From the NCBI GenBank assembly GCA_041674405.1, contig JBAYVT010000005.1, forward strand, positions 77,047-141,046: a stretch of DNA of 64,000 nucleotides, read 5' to 3'. The stretch comes from Patescibacteria group bacterium (GTDB lineage Bacteria; Patescibacteriota; UBA1384; XYA2-FULL-43-10). The notes under the pieces are model-generated. The model had not been told where the DNA came from. It ran no database searches and saw only the letters and a list, made by a program, of their open reading frames with translations. Made by a program: the position numbers and the translations under genes. This document shows, piece by piece, positions 63,793 through 64,000 of the stretch (the first letter of the stretch is position 1; each line of letters starts with the position of its first letter).

Positions 63793-63822
63793 AAAATGCC
63801 CCCTAGGGGGCATTTTTTTATC
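63793..63822. terminator. Bidirectional intrinsic terminator
   Basis: AAAAAATGCCCCC-ta-GGGGGCATTTTTTTAT. It serves the micro-ORF (plus) and the convergent minus-strand membrane-protein gene. Confidence 0.75.
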
Positions 63823-64000
63823 CGCGCTCTTTTTTGTCATCGATTATCGTGAGAACTAGGAGAACAATCCCCAAAAGTGCAATTATTATTGATGCGATTA
63901 AGAAAATTCCGTAGTTGCTTTCATTGCCAGGCGATACTGAATCGGCACTGATATTAAAATAACGGCTGGAAAACAAAATCACTAGCCCGCCGCCAATACA
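63818..64000 (-). CDS. Membrane protein, C-terminal part (5' end beyond the window)
   Basis: The minus-strand frame reads ...FLIASIIIALLGIVLLVLTIIDDKKERG* with its stop inside the terminator T-run. Confidence 0.5.
   Translation of the reverse strand, partial: CIGGGLVILFSSRYFNISADSVSPGNESNYGIFLIASIIIALLGIVLLVLTIIDDKKERG

Overview
This 64 kb window is a low-GC (roughly 35-40% by eye), gene-dense bacterial chromosome segment, mostly encoded on the minus strand, with a reduced, streamlined (CPR/Patescibacteria-like) gene set. Four blocks of recognisable genes account for most of it. (1) rplK(partial)-nusG-secE-rplU, a SEDS glycosyltransferase, a DUF167 protein, RNase H and trpS. (2) A ~15 kb type IV pilus locus (about 4.5-19.9 kb) with seven prepilin-type genes (two pairs recently duplicated), prepilin peptidase PilD, PilC, PilT, PilB, PilO/PilN-like proteins, and two large secreted Gly-rich or beta-helix-like proteins. 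(3) A tRNA/ribosomal-protein cluster: tRNA-Trp, rpmG, tRNA-Thr, tRNA-Tyr, tRNA-Thr, then a TPR protein, ricT(PSP1), holB, rpmB, a site-2 protease, tRNA-Pro, an ASCH protein, argS, tyrS and PBP1A. (4) radA, recJ and a reduced dcw cluster (ftsQ-murB-murC-murG-ftsW-murD-mraY-ftsI-ftsL-like-mraZ, lacking rsmH, murE, murF, ftsA and ftsZ), then glyQS, recO, D-Ala-D-Ala dipeptidase, mutM, padR and a PspC-domain gene. Features not explained by ordinary annotation are listed below. (a) Five short islands of clearly higher GC are inserted between native genes. Each holds one orphan ORF: two lipoproteins, a DUF218/YdcF-like protein, a zinc-ribbon miniprotein and a 106-aa hypothetical. Each has a strong Shine-Dalgarno sequence and a GC-rich hairpin. 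Two of them share an identical SD context (CCAAGGAGGC) and sit beside a CCGCC(C)TAGTGGCGG hairpin. (b) A GC-rich, highly structured ~200-nt segment lies between tRNA-Trp and an intrinsic terminator; it is a candidate ncRNA. (c) A duplicated structured trailer module and a degenerate tRNA-Thr copy sit inside the tRNA cluster. (d) A complete miniature transcription unit (promoter, SD, 18-codon Cys-rich ORF MTDPKDEGCGNCGGCCGC, terminator) sits near the 3' end of the window. (e) GTGGGA direct repeats of the MraZ-operator type lie upstream of mraZ. (f) Several repeated intergenic elements: a REP-like 20-bp-arm palindrome in two copies, and duplicated terminator modules. No CRISPR array, rRNA, transposase or integrase was seen. 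All calls rest on reading the sequence and ORF track by eye plus family knowledge; no searches were run.
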